Of a DNA stretch of 64,000 nt, positions 1-9,473 are shown one piece after another. Location: positions 1,897 to 65,896 of the forward strand of contig CAKRQL010000005.1 in the NCBI GenBank assembly GCA_934393265.1. The letters run 5' to 3'. The notes beneath the pieces were generated by a model. The model saw only the letters and a list, made by a program, of their open reading frames with translations. It was not told the origin of the DNA and searched no databases. How positions within the stretch are numbered: position 1 is the first letter of the stretch; every line of letters starts with the position of its first letter. The DNA comes from an uncultured Eubacteriales bacterium. GTDB lineage: Bacteria; Bacillota; Clostridia; Oscillospirales; CAG-272. Position numbers and translations under genes: made by a program.

Positions 1-957
1 CGTCTTTGCGCCCGGCTCATGGTCCTTTATGTACTTACATATCGCGCCCATAGGCGAGAGGTTATGCGACACGAGCGGCTTAAGCGCCGGGAAGTTCTTC
101 TCTATGAACGAGACGAACGCCGGGCAACAGGAGGAGGTCAGAAATCCCTTTTCGGCGAGCTCGCGCGCCTCCGACTGTGCGACCATGTCGGCACCGAGCG
201 CAGCCTCTACCACCGTATGGAACCCGAGCTTTTTAAGTCCGGTTACCACCTGTCCGAGCTTCGCATAATTGAACTGGCTGGAAATCGACGGGGCTACTAT
301 TGCATAGACCTTCGTTCCCTTTTCCCCGCTCTCTTTGAGGTATTTTATGACGTCAAGTATAAACGATTTGTCGGTTATCGCACCGAACGGACACTGATAA
401 ACGCAGGCACCGCAGGATATGCACTTGTCGTTATCGATACACGCCTGCTTATCTTCGCCCATGTAGATAGCCTTAACCTTACACGCCGACTCGCAGGGGC
501 GGCGGTAATTTCTTATCGCAGTGTACGGGCAGACCTTGGAGCACGCGCCGCACTCCTTGCACTTCGATTTATCGATATGAGCGACGTGCTGCTCGTCAAA
601 GGTTATTGCGCCGAAGCGACAGACGTCCTCGCACCTGTGGGCAAGACAGCCGCGACAGGAGGAGGTCACCTCATAGCCGCCCATAGGACACTCGTCGCAG
701 GCTATATCGATAACCTCTATGACATTCGGGTTATCCCTCATGCCGCCCATGGCAATCTTCACGCGCTCTGCCAGTATTGCGCGCTCCTTATAGACACAGC
801 AGCGCATTGTCGGGACCTTGCCGGGGACTATCATCTTCGGGATGTCTATCGCCGTCTCGGCAAGCCTGCCCGCCCACGCCTCGCGCGCGACCTCGCGGAG
901 CACCTTATATTTAAGATGCTGTACCTTTGTGTCGAATTTTCTGAGCTTTGCGTCCAT
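1..957 (-). CDS. [FeFe]-hydrogenase catalytic subunit, group-B-like (partial; C-terminus lies beyond window start)
   Basis: Not in the ORF track because it runs off the window. Hand reverse-translation from ATG (complement 955-957) gives MDAKLRKFDTKVQHLKYKVLREVAREAWAGRL...PTMRCCVYKERA..., several CxxCxxCxxxCP motifs and ...GFLTSSCCPAFV (H-cluster TSCCP motif). The + ORF 19..987 is its antisense shadow. Confidence 0.8.
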   Translation of the reverse strand, partial: MDAKLRKFDTKVQHLKYKVLREVAREAWAGRLAETAIDIPKMIVPGKVPTMRCCVYKERAILAERVKIAMGGMRDNPNVIEVIDIACDECPMGGYEVTSSCRGCLAHRCEDVCRFGAITFDEQHVAHIDKSKCKECGACSKVCPYTAIRNYRRPCESACKVKAIYMGEDKQACIDNDKCISCGACVYQCPFGAITDKSFILDVIKYLKESGEKGTKVYAIVAPSISSQFNYAKLGQVVTGLKKLGFHTVVEAALGADMVAQSEARELAEKGFLTSSCCPAFVSFIEKNFPALKPLVSHNLSPMGAICKYIKDHEPGAKT

Positions 958-977
958 TTTCTTTTTTCTATCCTCCG

Positions 978-2150
978 TCAGAAATAACTGACCTTAATTT
1001 TTTTACCCATCTGCCGAAGGCATGCTGAAAGCTCCTCGACAAGATTCATTTTTATATTGAAGTTTATAGGCAGATCCGGGTTCTGGTGCGCGGGGTTTAT
1101 CGCCCGCCCGACATAGAAGTTTATATCCGTCGCCTCTTCAAAGAGCATGCGGCATATAAGAGACGCGCCGTCTCTGCCGAAGCTCCATTTTTCGTAGAAT
1201 TTGTTCTCGCCGAGCGCGTCGTGCGCGTACTCGACCACCTTATTAACGGTTATAACACCCTCCGTCACAAGGTCGACGCCCTCTATCTCGGCTATCGGCG
1301 GAACATCCGAGCGCACGAAATTCAGCGATGCGCGAAGCGGCTTGCCGAGGTATTTTGCCGCTATGGACGAGGTTGTACCGCCGCATATTATGTGCTTACC
1401 CTCCTTTGAGAAGAAGAGGGACATCATGCGGTCGCAGTCGTCGGGGTTTCTCGGCGGACCGAAGAGCAGGTTCATGGGGACCCGGCGCCGTATCTTCACG
1501 ACGCAGGCGGTGGCATCGTCTCCCGGCTTTCCGCCGTAGAGCCTGTTCACCTCGTCTATCAATATGGTTGAGAGCGTCTTTGCGGTGTAGCCTCCGGCGC
1601 AGTTTGCCTCCATGAAGGCTATTATATCCTCACGCTTCCACCCGAAGTTATAGGCAAGACCTATGCCGGCATGGGGGCAGCCGTCGCTCATGGAGATGAA
1701 AACATCGTCCTCGCACAGCTTTATAACCGACTGGTATATCTTTTTGCCGCAGATATTCATCTCGGTTTTCGGGTAGTCGTAATTCTTCCCGTCGCGGATA
1801 AGCACGGTCATCGGGTTATCGTACTGGATAAGCTCCATTTCCCGGTTGTCGACAAGGTGCATTATCGTAAAGGTCGAATATGCGACGCCGCGCACCGAGC
1901 ATATCGGCAGGGTCTGCGCTATCGTCTCAACGCAGTCGGAGAGGGTCAGCCCCTCTGACATCATAGTGGATATTATCTTGCTCGTCAGGGTTGAGAGAAT
2001 ACTCGCCTTTACCCCGCTGCCGAGCCCGTCGGCAAGCACGATAACCGTGGAATTTTCTCCCCTGTCGACGACGTCGACATGGTCCCCGCAGAGCTGCTCT
2101 CCGTCGTGATTTATACTCCTGTAGCCTATATCTGCGCAAAGGTCATTCAT
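978..2150 (-). CDS. PP2C/SpoIIE-family protein phosphatase (hydrogenase-regulatory, HfsC-like)
   Basis: 390-aa ORF. PP2C-type metal-binding motifs are visible (CGDHVDV, VLADGLGSGVKAS, SMSDGCPHAG). It overlaps the HydS stop by 8 nt and sits between the sensory and catalytic hydrogenase genes. Confidence 0.8.
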   Translation of the reverse strand: MNDLCADIGYRSINHDGEQLCGDHVDVVDRGENSTVIVLADGLGSGVKASILSTLTSKIISTMMSEGLTLSDCVETIAQTLPICSVRGVAYSTFTIMHLVDNREMELIQYDNPMTVLIRDGKNYDYPKTEMNICGKKIYQSVIKLCEDDVFISMSDGCPHAGIGLAYNFGWKREDIIAFMEANCAGGYTAKTLSTILIDEVNRLYGGKPGDDATACVVKIRRRVPMNLLFGPPRNPDDCDRMMSLFFSKEGKHIICGGTTSSIAAKYLGKPLRASLNFVRSDVPPIAEIEGVDLVTEGVITVNKVVEYAHDALGENKFYEKWSFGRDGASLICRMLFEEATDINFYVGRAINPAHQNPDLPINFNIKMNLVEELSACLRQMGKKIKVSYF

Positions 2151-3819
2151 CGGATATGCTCTCCTTAAGCTTTGTGAGGGCTATCTTTGTCTCCGCCGCG
2201 GTCTCTCCGAGCAGGGAGGCTATCTCCTGAACTATGCGCATCTGCTTATCGACGACCTTATCGGCTATCTCGACGGTCTGACGGCTGATATTCTCCTTCT
2301 TTTCCCTCTCCGACTCCTCGTCTGTGACATCGCGCATTATACAGACAAGCATCTGATATACGGTATCGTAAACTATCGTCTGCTCGACATACTTTCCGTA
2401 CTCGGCAAGGTATGTGCGCTTGTCGCGAAGGCTCCGCTTGGTTTCAAGGACCTTTATGAACGGCTGCGGGTCAAGGATACGGACAACCTGCTCGCCGAGG
2501 ACATCCGACTGATAGCGGATGTTCATTATCTTTCTCGCCGCGGCGTTTATCTGCTGTACCTCAAGAGCGTCGTTTACGACTATCAGCCCGTTCGGGGTAT
2601 TGTTGACTATGCAATCGGAGAAGCTCTCCGCCTTTTCCTTAAGGTACGGCAGACACATTGAAATCTCCGCCTTGCCGTGATAGATCGCTATCGCCTTTTC
2701 ACGGCAGGTATCGTATCCGCAGGAGCCGCAGTTCAGCTCATCCTCCGGTCGGGTCTTACCCATTTTTTTGAGTATCTCACGTATCTCGTCCTCTCCGGGA
2801 GGGGTGTTGCGGAGCTCTATCGGGTCAAACGACTTGTGTATCTCGACCTCCTCCGGCTGTTTCACCGGGAAATCTTTGTTTCCGACGTAGGAGGCAACGG
2901 CACTGTAATCCGCAACCGGCGAGCGATGGTATTTCTCCATTACCGGACCGCCGACGCAGCTGCCGACGCAGGCGGACATCTCGATAAAGCACCTGTGCAC
3001 GTTTCCGCTCTCGATATCGCGGAGCGCGGCAATGCAGTTATCCACACCGTCTATCGCCATATAGGTATATCCCGGCGCGTCCTGTGCCATCGTTTTGAGT
3101 ATTCCCCCGGTGGTCGGGAAAAAGCGCGCGCGGCTCTCCTCGGTCGTATCCATATCCGGCACGAGGGCGACGCCCTCCTTTTTCAGCCACTCGGTCAGCT
3201 CCTCGAATGTGAGGACGCCGTCGACAATTCCGGCGTAATGCTCCGCCTCGTCCTTCTTTGCGACGCAGGGACCGATAAAGACGGTCTTTGCGCCCGGGTA
3301 ACGTCTCTTTATATCCGTACAATGCGCCTGCATTGGTGACATGACGTCGGCAAGGCACGGGAGGACGTCGGGAAAATATTTCTGTATAAGGAGGTTCACG
3401 GAGTGACAGCAGGAGGATATGAGAATATCCCGCCGCCCCTCATTGAGTATCTTCTGGTATTCGTTCTTTACTATCGTCGCGCCTATCGCGGTCTCCTCCG
3501 CATCGGCAAAGCCGAGCGCCTTAAGAGCCGCCCTCATACCGTTTATCCCGATACCGCGGTAGTTCGCGGCAAAGGAGGGCGCGAGGCTGACGTAAACCGG
3601 GGCGCCCGACTGGATAAGCACGCGCACCTTTTCGGTCTCGTCGACGATTTCCTTTGCGTTCTGCGGGCAGACGACAAAGCACTGACCGCACAGAATACAT
3701 TCGTTGCCTATTATATGCGCCTGATTTCCCGAAAAGCGTATCGACTTCACCGGGCAGTGGCGTATACATTTGTAGCAGTTCTTGCAATTTGATTTTTTGA
3801 GAGTAAGACAGTTAGCCAT
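2143..3819 (-). CDS. hydS: Sensory [FeFe]-hydrogenase, group C (HydS-like) with C-terminal PAS domain
   Basis: ORF 2143..3843, with the start moved to ATG 3819 (GGGAGGGG RBS; the upstream gene's TAA lies in the spacer). It has 2x CxxCxxCxxxCP, H-cluster motifs SSCCHS / GPCVAKKDE / EMSACVGSCVGGP, then CGSCGYDTC-x16-C and a PAS-like tail. Confidence 0.85.
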   Translation of the reverse strand: MANCLTLKKSNCKNCYKCIRHCPVKSIRFSGNQAHIIGNECILCGQCFVVCPQNAKEIVDETEKVRVLIQSGAPVYVSLAPSFAANYRGIGINGMRAALKALGFADAEETAIGATIVKNEYQKILNEGRRDILISSCCHSVNLLIQKYFPDVLPCLADVMSPMQAHCTDIKRRYPGAKTVFIGPCVAKKDEAEHYAGIVDGVLTFEELTEWLKKEGVALVPDMDTTEESRARFFPTTGGILKTMAQDAPGYTYMAIDGVDNCIAALRDIESGNVHRCFIEMSACVGSCVGGPVMEKYHRSPVADYSAVASYVGNKDFPVKQPEEVEIHKSFDPIELRNTPPGEDEIREILKKMGKTRPEDELNCGSCGYDTCREKAIAIYHGKAEISMCLPYLKEKAESFSDCIVNNTPNGLIVVNDALEVQQINAAARKIMNIRYQSDVLGEQVVRILDPQPFIKVLETKRSLRDKRTYLAEYGKYVEQTIVYDTVYQMLVCIMRDVTDEESEREKKENISRQTVEIADKVVDKQMRIVQEIASLLGETAAETKIALTKLKESISDE

Positions 3820-3820
3820 T

Positions 3821-4087
3821 TTACCCCTCCCTGCTCTTTTCAAGTGCCGGAAGAACCGTCCCGGTCCAGAAGTCGCCGAAAGTCTCCGGGGTTATCCCGG
3901 TGTAGACCTCGTCCCCAACCTTTATCGTGACGCCGACGCGGTTGCACCTGCCGGTACAGAAGCTGCCCATGAGGATTATATCGTCCCCGAGCCCTCCGTC
4001 CTCTATCTTTTTCCGGAGCATTTCGACTATCTGCGGTGAGCCCTTGATATGGCAGGAGGAGCCGACGCAGACCTCAACGTAAATCAT
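3821..4087 (-). CDS. Thioredoxin-like [2Fe-2S] ferredoxin domain protein
   Basis: 88 aa. Four Cys pattern VCVGSSCHIKG...FCTGRCNRVG is typical of NuoE/HydC-like 2Fe-2S domains. One-nt gap to the next gene. Confidence 0.7.
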   Translation of the reverse strand: MIYVEVCVGSSCHIKGSPQIVEMLRKKIEDGGLGDDIILMGSFCTGRCNRVGVTIKVGDEVYTGITPETFGDFWTGTVLPALEKSREG

Positions 4088-4088
4088 A

Positions 4089-4334
4089 TCAGAGCTTCGC
4101 CTTTATCTCGTCGTTGAAGAACTCCTCGACGGTCTCGGGCGAAACGGAGTGGAACACTCCGTCAACAGTGACGGACACGCCGTCCTTACATCTGCCCATG
4201 CAGAATGTGCCGCCGAGCTCTACCCGGTCTCCGAGCCCGTTCTTCGCTATGAGTTCCTGGAGCGACTCGACAACCTGGCGCGAGCCCTTGATGTGGCAGG
4301 ACGAACCGATACAGACAGTTACTTTCATTTTCAA
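4089..4334 (-). CDS. Thioredoxin-like [2Fe-2S] ferredoxin domain protein (paralog)
   Basis: 81 aa with VCIGSSCHIKG...FCMGRCKDGV. Paralog of the adjacent gene. AAAGGAG RBS upstream of the ATG. Confidence 0.7.
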   Translation of the reverse strand: MKMKVTVCIGSSCHIKGSRQVVESLQELIAKNGLGDRVELGGTFCMGRCKDGVSVTVDGVFHSVSPETVEEFFNDEIKAKL

Positions 4335-4418
4335 AATCTCCTTTTTGAGGGCGGCATTGCCTGCCCTTTTATTTGTGTGATTGCTTTGATTGTTTTCGGA
4401 AAGCTTCTCGCGCCGGGG

Positions 4419-5171
4419 TCAGCGGAGCGCGGAGCTTATCAGCGACAGGAGCGCAGGTCGCTCCTCTGCCATAGCGTGGGTATATCTCGAAGCCGCGACA
4501 ACCGGAAGCCACAGCGTAACGCGGCGCCGCTCCTCACTGTCACGGCATGCCGCATCGGCGTATTCCTCCGAAAGATCCGGGTGAGCCGTCACCGAAAAAT
4601 GCAGGCAGGTGGCGGCTATGTCCGCGGCGGGGTCTCCCTCCGTCGCATGCGACCAGTCAAGAATATACGGCACGCCGCCCGGGGTTATAAGTATATTTGC
4701 CGGGACGGTGTCCCCGTGGCAGAGGCTGTCTCCGTCCGGGAGCGAGGCAAGGGTTGAAAGAAGCGCGCGGCAGACGGAAGCCGGAAAGCCCGCCGACTCT
4801 ATTTTTCTCTCCGCCTTTTCTGAAAAACGCATGAGCGGCGGGAGCTTTTTCGTATGTATTTCGTTCGCGATTTTCGCGAGCATCATGACGGCGTCATGCC
4901 GGGTCATCTCCCCTGTCTCGATTTTCCGCGAGAGGCTCTCTCCCTTTATGTAATCGGTCACTATGACCGGGCGCCCGTCAAGCCTCCCGACCGAGCGGAC
5001 GGGCGGGACCCGGAGCCCGCACTCAAGCGCGCGCTCCTGCCTGAGAGCCTCGGCAAGGACACCGGAGAACGGAGTGCGGGGCGAGAACACCTTCAGGCAG
5101 GCGTCGCCGTCCCGGTAAATCGTCTTTTCGTTTCTGACGGCTATTATTCTGTCAAGATTCATGCTCTTCAC
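4419..5171 (-). CDS. Aminoglycoside/choline-kinase-like phosphotransferase (APH family)
   Basis: 250 aa. Catalytic-loop-like LCHGDTVPANILI and YILDWSHA (Brenner/APH motifs). 4-nt overlap with the upstream LysR gene. Confidence 0.65.
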   Translation of the reverse strand: MKSMNLDRIIAVRNEKTIYRDGDACLKVFSPRTPFSGVLAEALRQERALECGLRVPPVRSVGRLDGRPVIVTDYIKGESLSRKIETGEMTRHDAVMMLAKIANEIHTKKLPPLMRFSEKAERKIESAGFPASVCRALLSTLASLPDGDSLCHGDTVPANILITPGGVPYILDWSHATEGDPAADIAATCLHFSVTAHPDLSEEYADAACRDSEERRRVTLWLPVVAASRYTHAMAEERPALLSLISSALR

Positions 5172-6091
5172 CGTCCCGGAATGGTCTCGCGCCGGACGCG
5201 GCAGAGCTCGGATATAAACGCCTTGTCAAGCGCCGACAGCTGATAGTCCTTGCGGTATATCATGACGTCGCGGTACACGCGCTCCTTTGGGTCCGGGCGG
5301 GATATAAGACCGTACCTTGCGAGGATATCGGCGGGAACCGGAGAGACGCGCATATACATATCGGGGTGAGCTGCGAGGAGCTCAAACTGCGTCGCCCGCT
5401 CGTAAATGAAGATGCGGCGCGGTGCCTCCGGCAGCTCCTCCCGCCGGACCTCGTCAAACGGGAGGGTCGGCACGTAGGGGTCGGCATGGGCGACCTCGAT
5501 AAGCGAGGCGAGCGCAGCTTCGCTTATATCCCCCGTCGCGACGGGGGAGTCGGCGCGCATTATAAGCACCGGAGAGAACTCCGCGACGAGCTCGCACACA
5601 AGCCCGCGCTCCCCGCACATCTCCTTGTAGTATCTGTCGTATCCGTCGGCATATCTTATAATACCGAGCTTTGACTCCCCCTGCAGGACGTTCTTCACCG
5701 TGCGCATGGAGTTTGTCTCCCTGTACACCGCCTCCACCTCGGAGGCGGAGGAAAAGCGCGCGGAAAAGTCCGCAAAGGCGCGGCAGATGTAGGAGGCGCG
5801 GGGCGAGGAAAGGGAGAAGTACTGCTTTTTCCCGCTTCCCTTTTTGAACATCTTCTCCGCGGCGTCTACCTCGCGGAGTATCGACTTTGCCGCCACTATA
5901 AATTTCTCGCCCTCCGGCGTCAGCTTCATTCCCTTCGGCGAGCGGGAGAAAACGGAGACGCCGAGAGATGATTCAAGCTCCCGTATTGCGCGGGAGAGGT
6001 TCGGCTGGTCGACACACAGCTTCTCTGCCGCGCGGTTTATCGACCCGGCAGACGCGACCTCTACGGCGTATCTGAGATATATCAGGTTCAT
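5168..6091 (-). CDS. LysR-family transcriptional regulator
   Basis: 307 aa. N-terminal wHTH: LRYAVEVASAGSINRAAEKLCVDQPNLSRAIRELESSLGVSVFSR. Confidence 0.9.
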   Translation of the reverse strand: MNLIYLRYAVEVASAGSINRAAEKLCVDQPNLSRAIRELESSLGVSVFSRSPKGMKLTPEGEKFIVAAKSILREVDAAEKMFKKGSGKKQYFSLSSPRASYICRAFADFSARFSSASEVEAVYRETNSMRTVKNVLQGESKLGIIRYADGYDRYYKEMCGERGLVCELVAEFSPVLIMRADSPVATGDISEAALASLIEVAHADPYVPTLPFDEVRREELPEAPRRIFIYERATQFELLAAHPDMYMRVSPVPADILARYGLISRPDPKERVYRDVMIYRKDYQLSALDKAFISELCRVRRETIPGR

Positions 6092-6279
6092 GCCGTTCCT
6101 CCTAATGATAAATATTTAACGAATTATCCGTATTAGTATAACATAATGCGACAGTATTTGCAAGGGATTTTGCGGGATTTTGTAATATGTAAATATTTCT
6201 TGACATTTTGTTTGGGTTTTCACGTGCTCTGGGCGGTGTGAAAGTGCATCGGCGATGCGCGACAGTGAGTGTAAAAACG

Positions 6280-6291
6280 ATACACGGGTAT
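6280..6291 (+). repeat. Intergenic motif ATACACGGGTAT, copy 1 (12/12)
   Basis: atacacgggtat, between the divergent LysR and MutS-like genes. Confidence 0.7.
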
Positions 6292-6364
6292 GTACTTATG
6301 GTCGTGCCTCCCGCCTCTTTTTGCCCGTCGGCGGAAAGAAACACGGCTTTTTTCGTTTTTGCCC

Positions 6365-6393
6365 TTGCGCACGGCGCGCCCGTGTGATATAAT
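6365..6393 (+). promoter_or_regulatory. Sigma-A-type promoter (TTGCGC-17-TGaTATAAT) for the MutS-like gene
   Basis: -35 at 6365-6370, -10 TATAAT at 6388-6393 with an extended TG, 17-nt spacer, about 35 nt upstream of the start. Confidence 0.55.
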
Positions 6394-6426
6394 GGTTCTG
6401 TAATACTGTATACGGGAGTACTGCTT

Positions 6427-8088
6427 TTGGAAAACCGATTTTTAAGTCTTTTGTACCCGGACGAGGAGTCTCTCGTCCGTCATTCATCGCGCGGCAATCT
6501 GCCGAATATCACGCCGGAGGTCTGCGACGAGCTCGGTCTCAGCGAGCTTTTCGACCTGCGGACATCCGACCTCTCCGATTTTTTCACCTCCGACACGCGC
6601 GTCATAGAATACCGCCAATCGACCATTGCCGACATGCTCTCGGTGCCAGGAATACGGGATACGCTCTGCCGTGTTCAGCCGGTGCTTAACGACATTGAGG
6701 AATTACGCCGTCTCGACAGCGAGCAGACGGGGACAGCCGACTCTTACCTTTACAGCATAACCGAAATAGAGCTGTACGTCAGCTGCATCGACGCGATAGC
6801 CGAGGGGCTCACCCCGGTGCGCGACAGAATAAAGAGCCCGGCGATTGCGGAGCTGTACTCTCTCGTCTCCGAGCTTGTCGACTCGGAATATTACCGCGAG
6901 CTAAACAAGAAGCTGAACGCGCTCTCCTCCCGTGTCCGCGAGGTGAAAAGCGTAACCATCGGGGTAAATCTCGACAATCAGCTCCGCCCGACGGACGCCG
7001 GGGTCATCTCGGTGAATTCCGAGACATTCAAGTCCGGGCGGGTGCTCGACAAGATACTCCGCCTCTCCTTCCGCAACGACGCCTTTACCTGCATAGCTCC
7101 GCTCTCCCCTGTCGGAAAGGGGCAGAGCGACAACCGGCGCGAGGCACTCAGCGCGGCGTTCAACTCCGCGCTCGAGGATGTGTTCCGCTCATCTGTCAAG
7201 GGGTGGCGGGAGATTGCCGGGGAGTATGTGCTTGACAGCACCAACTTTCTTCTCCGGCTCCTGCCCGAGATAGAATTTGTGACGCGGGCTGTCGCGCTCG
7301 TCGAAAGGATACGGGCAAAGGGCTGCGGGATGGTATTCCCCGCCCTGCGACCGATGAGCGAGAAGGCATTTTCGGCAAAGGGGCTTTACAACCCGCGCGT
7401 CGCCCTCATGATTGACGACGGAATAGTGAAAAACGACCTCTCGTTCGACGATAACGCAGGTATATACGTTCTGACCGGACCGAACCGGGGCGGAAAATCG
7501 GTTATCACCGTCGCGCTCGGTGCGGCGCAGGCACTCGCCCAGCTGGGGCTCCCCGTCCCGGCAGACGAGCTCACCCTCTCCCCCGTCGACGGAATATTCA
7601 CCCACTTCCCGGAGGGGGCGGACGACACGATAGACAAGGGTCGGCTCGGCGAGGAGTGCGCAAGGCTCCGCGAAATTTTCGACAACGTGACCGAATACAG
7701 CCTTATTCTTCTTGACGAATCGCTCTCCTCAACCGGAGCGTACGAGGCGTCGTACATTGCGGCGGAGGTGCTGTCCGGATTTGCGGCTGTCGGCTGTCGG
7801 GGGATATTCTCAACCCACCTGCACGAGCTCGCCGCCCGGGTGCCGGAGATAAACCGCCGCTCCTCTGAGTGCGGGGGTGTACCCGTAGACACGCTCGTCG
7901 CGGGGATAGAGGGCGAGGGCAAGCGCTCATTCGTCATCACCCGCGCAAAGCCGGACGGAAAATCCTATGCCCGTGATATTGCAGACAGATACGGTCTCTC
8001 GTTTGATGGCATAATGAACGGAATAAAATCAAGAAAAGGCGGGCAGGACCCGCAGAAGGTAAACAATGAGCATTGTTATCGGAATTGA
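6427..8088 (+). CDS. MutS-related ATPase (MutS domain V only; no mismatch-binding or Smr domain seen)
   Basis: 553 aa with a TTG start 8 nt after GGGAG. Walker A is GPNRGGKSV, Walker B region LILLDESLSSTG, followed by STHLHEL. Confidence 0.8.
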   Translation: MENRFLSLLYPDEESLVRHSSRGNLPNITPEVCDELGLSELFDLRTSDLSDFFTSDTRVIEYRQSTIADMLSVPGIRDTLCRVQPVLNDIEELRRLDSEQTGTADSYLYSITEIELYVSCIDAIAEGLTPVRDRIKSPAIAELYSLVSELVDSEYYRELNKKLNALSSRVREVKSVTIGVNLDNQLRPTDAGVISVNSETFKSGRVLDKILRLSFRNDAFTCIAPLSPVGKGQSDNRREALSAAFNSALEDVFRSSVKGWREIAGEYVLDSTNFLLRLLPEIEFVTRAVALVERIRAKGCGMVFPALRPMSEKAFSAKGLYNPRVALMIDDGIVKNDLSFDDNAGIYVLTGPNRGGKSVITVALGAAQALAQLGLPVPADELTLSPVDGIFTHFPEGADDTIDKGRLGEECARLREIFDNVTEYSLILLDESLSSTGAYEASYIAAEVLSGFAAVGCRGIFSTHLHELAARVPEINRRSSECGGVPVDTLVAGIEGEGKRSFVITRAKPDGKSYARDIADRYGLSFDGIMNGIKSRKGGQDPQKVNNEHCYRN

Positions 8089-8905
8089 CGTCGGCGGCAG
8101 CACGACAAAGATCGTCGGCTTCCGGGACACCGAAGGAAAGCGGGAGCTCATCGACCCGCTGTTCGTAACCTCCGACGACCCCCTGACCTCGGTCTACGGT
8201 GCGTTCGGAAAATTCACATCGCAGAACTCGCTGTCACTCTCTGACATTGACCGGGTTATGATGACCGGGGTAGGCTCCGGATATGTTGAAAAAGGAATAT
8301 ACGGGCTCCGGTGTCTGCGCGTTCCGGAGTTTGAAAGCATAGGTCGCGGGGGGCTCTACCTCTCCGGGATGCGGGAGGCTGTGATAGTCAGCCTCGGCAC
8401 CGGGACGGCGATAGTCCGGGCGACCGAGAGCGACACCGAATACCTCGGCGGAACCGGGGTCGGAGGCGGGACGCTCATCGGTCTGTCGCGTCTGCTCCTC
8501 GGAGCGGAGAGCGTCAGCCACATCTCCGACATGGCGCGCGAGGGAGACCTCGGAAAAATTGACCTGCGTATCGGGGACATCTCCGCCGCCGGCTCGTCCG
8601 GCGGGCTCGCGGATGATGTGACGGCGGCAAACTTCGGAAACGTCTCCGAGCTTGCCGACAAGCCCGATATAGCAAAGGGCATACTCAATCTCGTATTTGA
8701 GACGGTCGGTATGGTTTCCGTATTTGCCGCCCGCTCAAAGAACGTCGGCGATATTGTTCTGACCGGAAATCTCACACAGATAGACGCCTGCCGCACGAAG
8801 TTTGACGACTTCAACAGAATGGGCTACGGCGTGCGCTTTCTGATACCGCCGATGGCACAGTTCTCCACCGTTATAGGCACCGCCCTCGCAGGACTCACGG
8901 TGTAA
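8066..8905 (+). CDS. coaW: Type II pantothenate kinase
   Basis: 279 aa. IGIDVGGSTTKIV, SLGTGTAIV, GGTGVGGGTLIGL and TAANFG match my recollection of the Staphylococcus-type CoaW layout. Confidence 0.75.
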   Translation: MSIVIGIDVGGSTTKIVGFRDTEGKRELIDPLFVTSDDPLTSVYGAFGKFTSQNSLSLSDIDRVMMTGVGSGYVEKGIYGLRCLRVPEFESIGRGGLYLSGMREAVIVSLGTGTAIVRATESDTEYLGGTGVGGGTLIGLSRLLLGAESVSHISDMAREGDLGKIDLRIGDISAAGSSGGLADDVTAANFGNVSELADKPDIAKGILNLVFETVGMVSVFAARSKNVGDIVLTGNLTQIDACRTKFDDFNRMGYGVRFLIPPMAQFSTVIGTALAGLTV

Positions 8906-8978
8906 CGCAAGCGGCAAAGGCACCTGCCGGAGCCGGAAGCGGACGACCGGCAAACAAAAAGAAAAAAGGGAGACCCTT

Positions 8979-9416
8979 ATGAATGTTATGAAGTTCCTGA
9001 TTCCGAAAAGTCAGGTCGTGTTCATAGGCGAGGACAGCACGGTACGCCAGGCTTACGAGAAGATGCGCTACCACAGGTACACCGCGGTGCCGGTCATTGA
9101 CGGGGAGGGCAAATATGTCGGTACGCTCCGTAACGACGACCTCTTTGCATACTTTATGGAGGGCGGCACCTCCGACACGCGGGAGGCGGAGAACACTCCC
9201 TTGACATACATACTTGACAGAGCCTATTCCAAGCCGCTCTACCACAACGCGACGATGGCGGAGCTGATAGACGCCGTGCGCGAGCACAACTTTGTCGCGA
9301 TAGTAGATGACAGAGGCTGCTTTGTCGGAATAGTACTGCGCCGGGACGTTCTGAATTTTCTTTTCGGCTGCTACGAAAAGAGCATGACACGGGCTCAGGC
9401 AAAAAAACAGCAATAA
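8979..9416 (+). CDS. CBS-domain pair protein
   Basis: 145 aa. Two CBS-like repeats (YTAVPVIDGEGKYVGTL; FVAIVDDRGCFVGIV). GGGAG RBS. Confidence 0.8.
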   Translation: MNVMKFLIPKSQVVFIGEDSTVRQAYEKMRYHRYTAVPVIDGEGKYVGTLRNDDLFAYFMEGGTSDTREAENTPLTYILDRAYSKPLYHNATMAELIDAVREHNFVAIVDDRGCFVGIVLRRDVLNFLFGCYEKSMTRAQAKKQQ

Positions 9417-9473
9417 AAGCTCCGCCGCATGGCGGGTCTGACATATTTTCATTTCGCCGAAAGGAGACAGAAA

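Noticed and set aside
19-987. 322-aa + strand ORF at the window start
   Set aside because: The composition looks like an antisense shadow (Arg/Leu/Ala-rich, no motifs). The opposite strand translates cleanly into a ferredoxin-domain [FeFe]-hydrogenase N-terminus with a proper ATG at 957.
3820-3843. Upstream ATG (3843) for HydS giving MKRAGRGK-
   Set aside because: It would overlap the preceding gene by 23 nt and lacks an RBS. ATG 3819 is preceded by GGGAGGGG.
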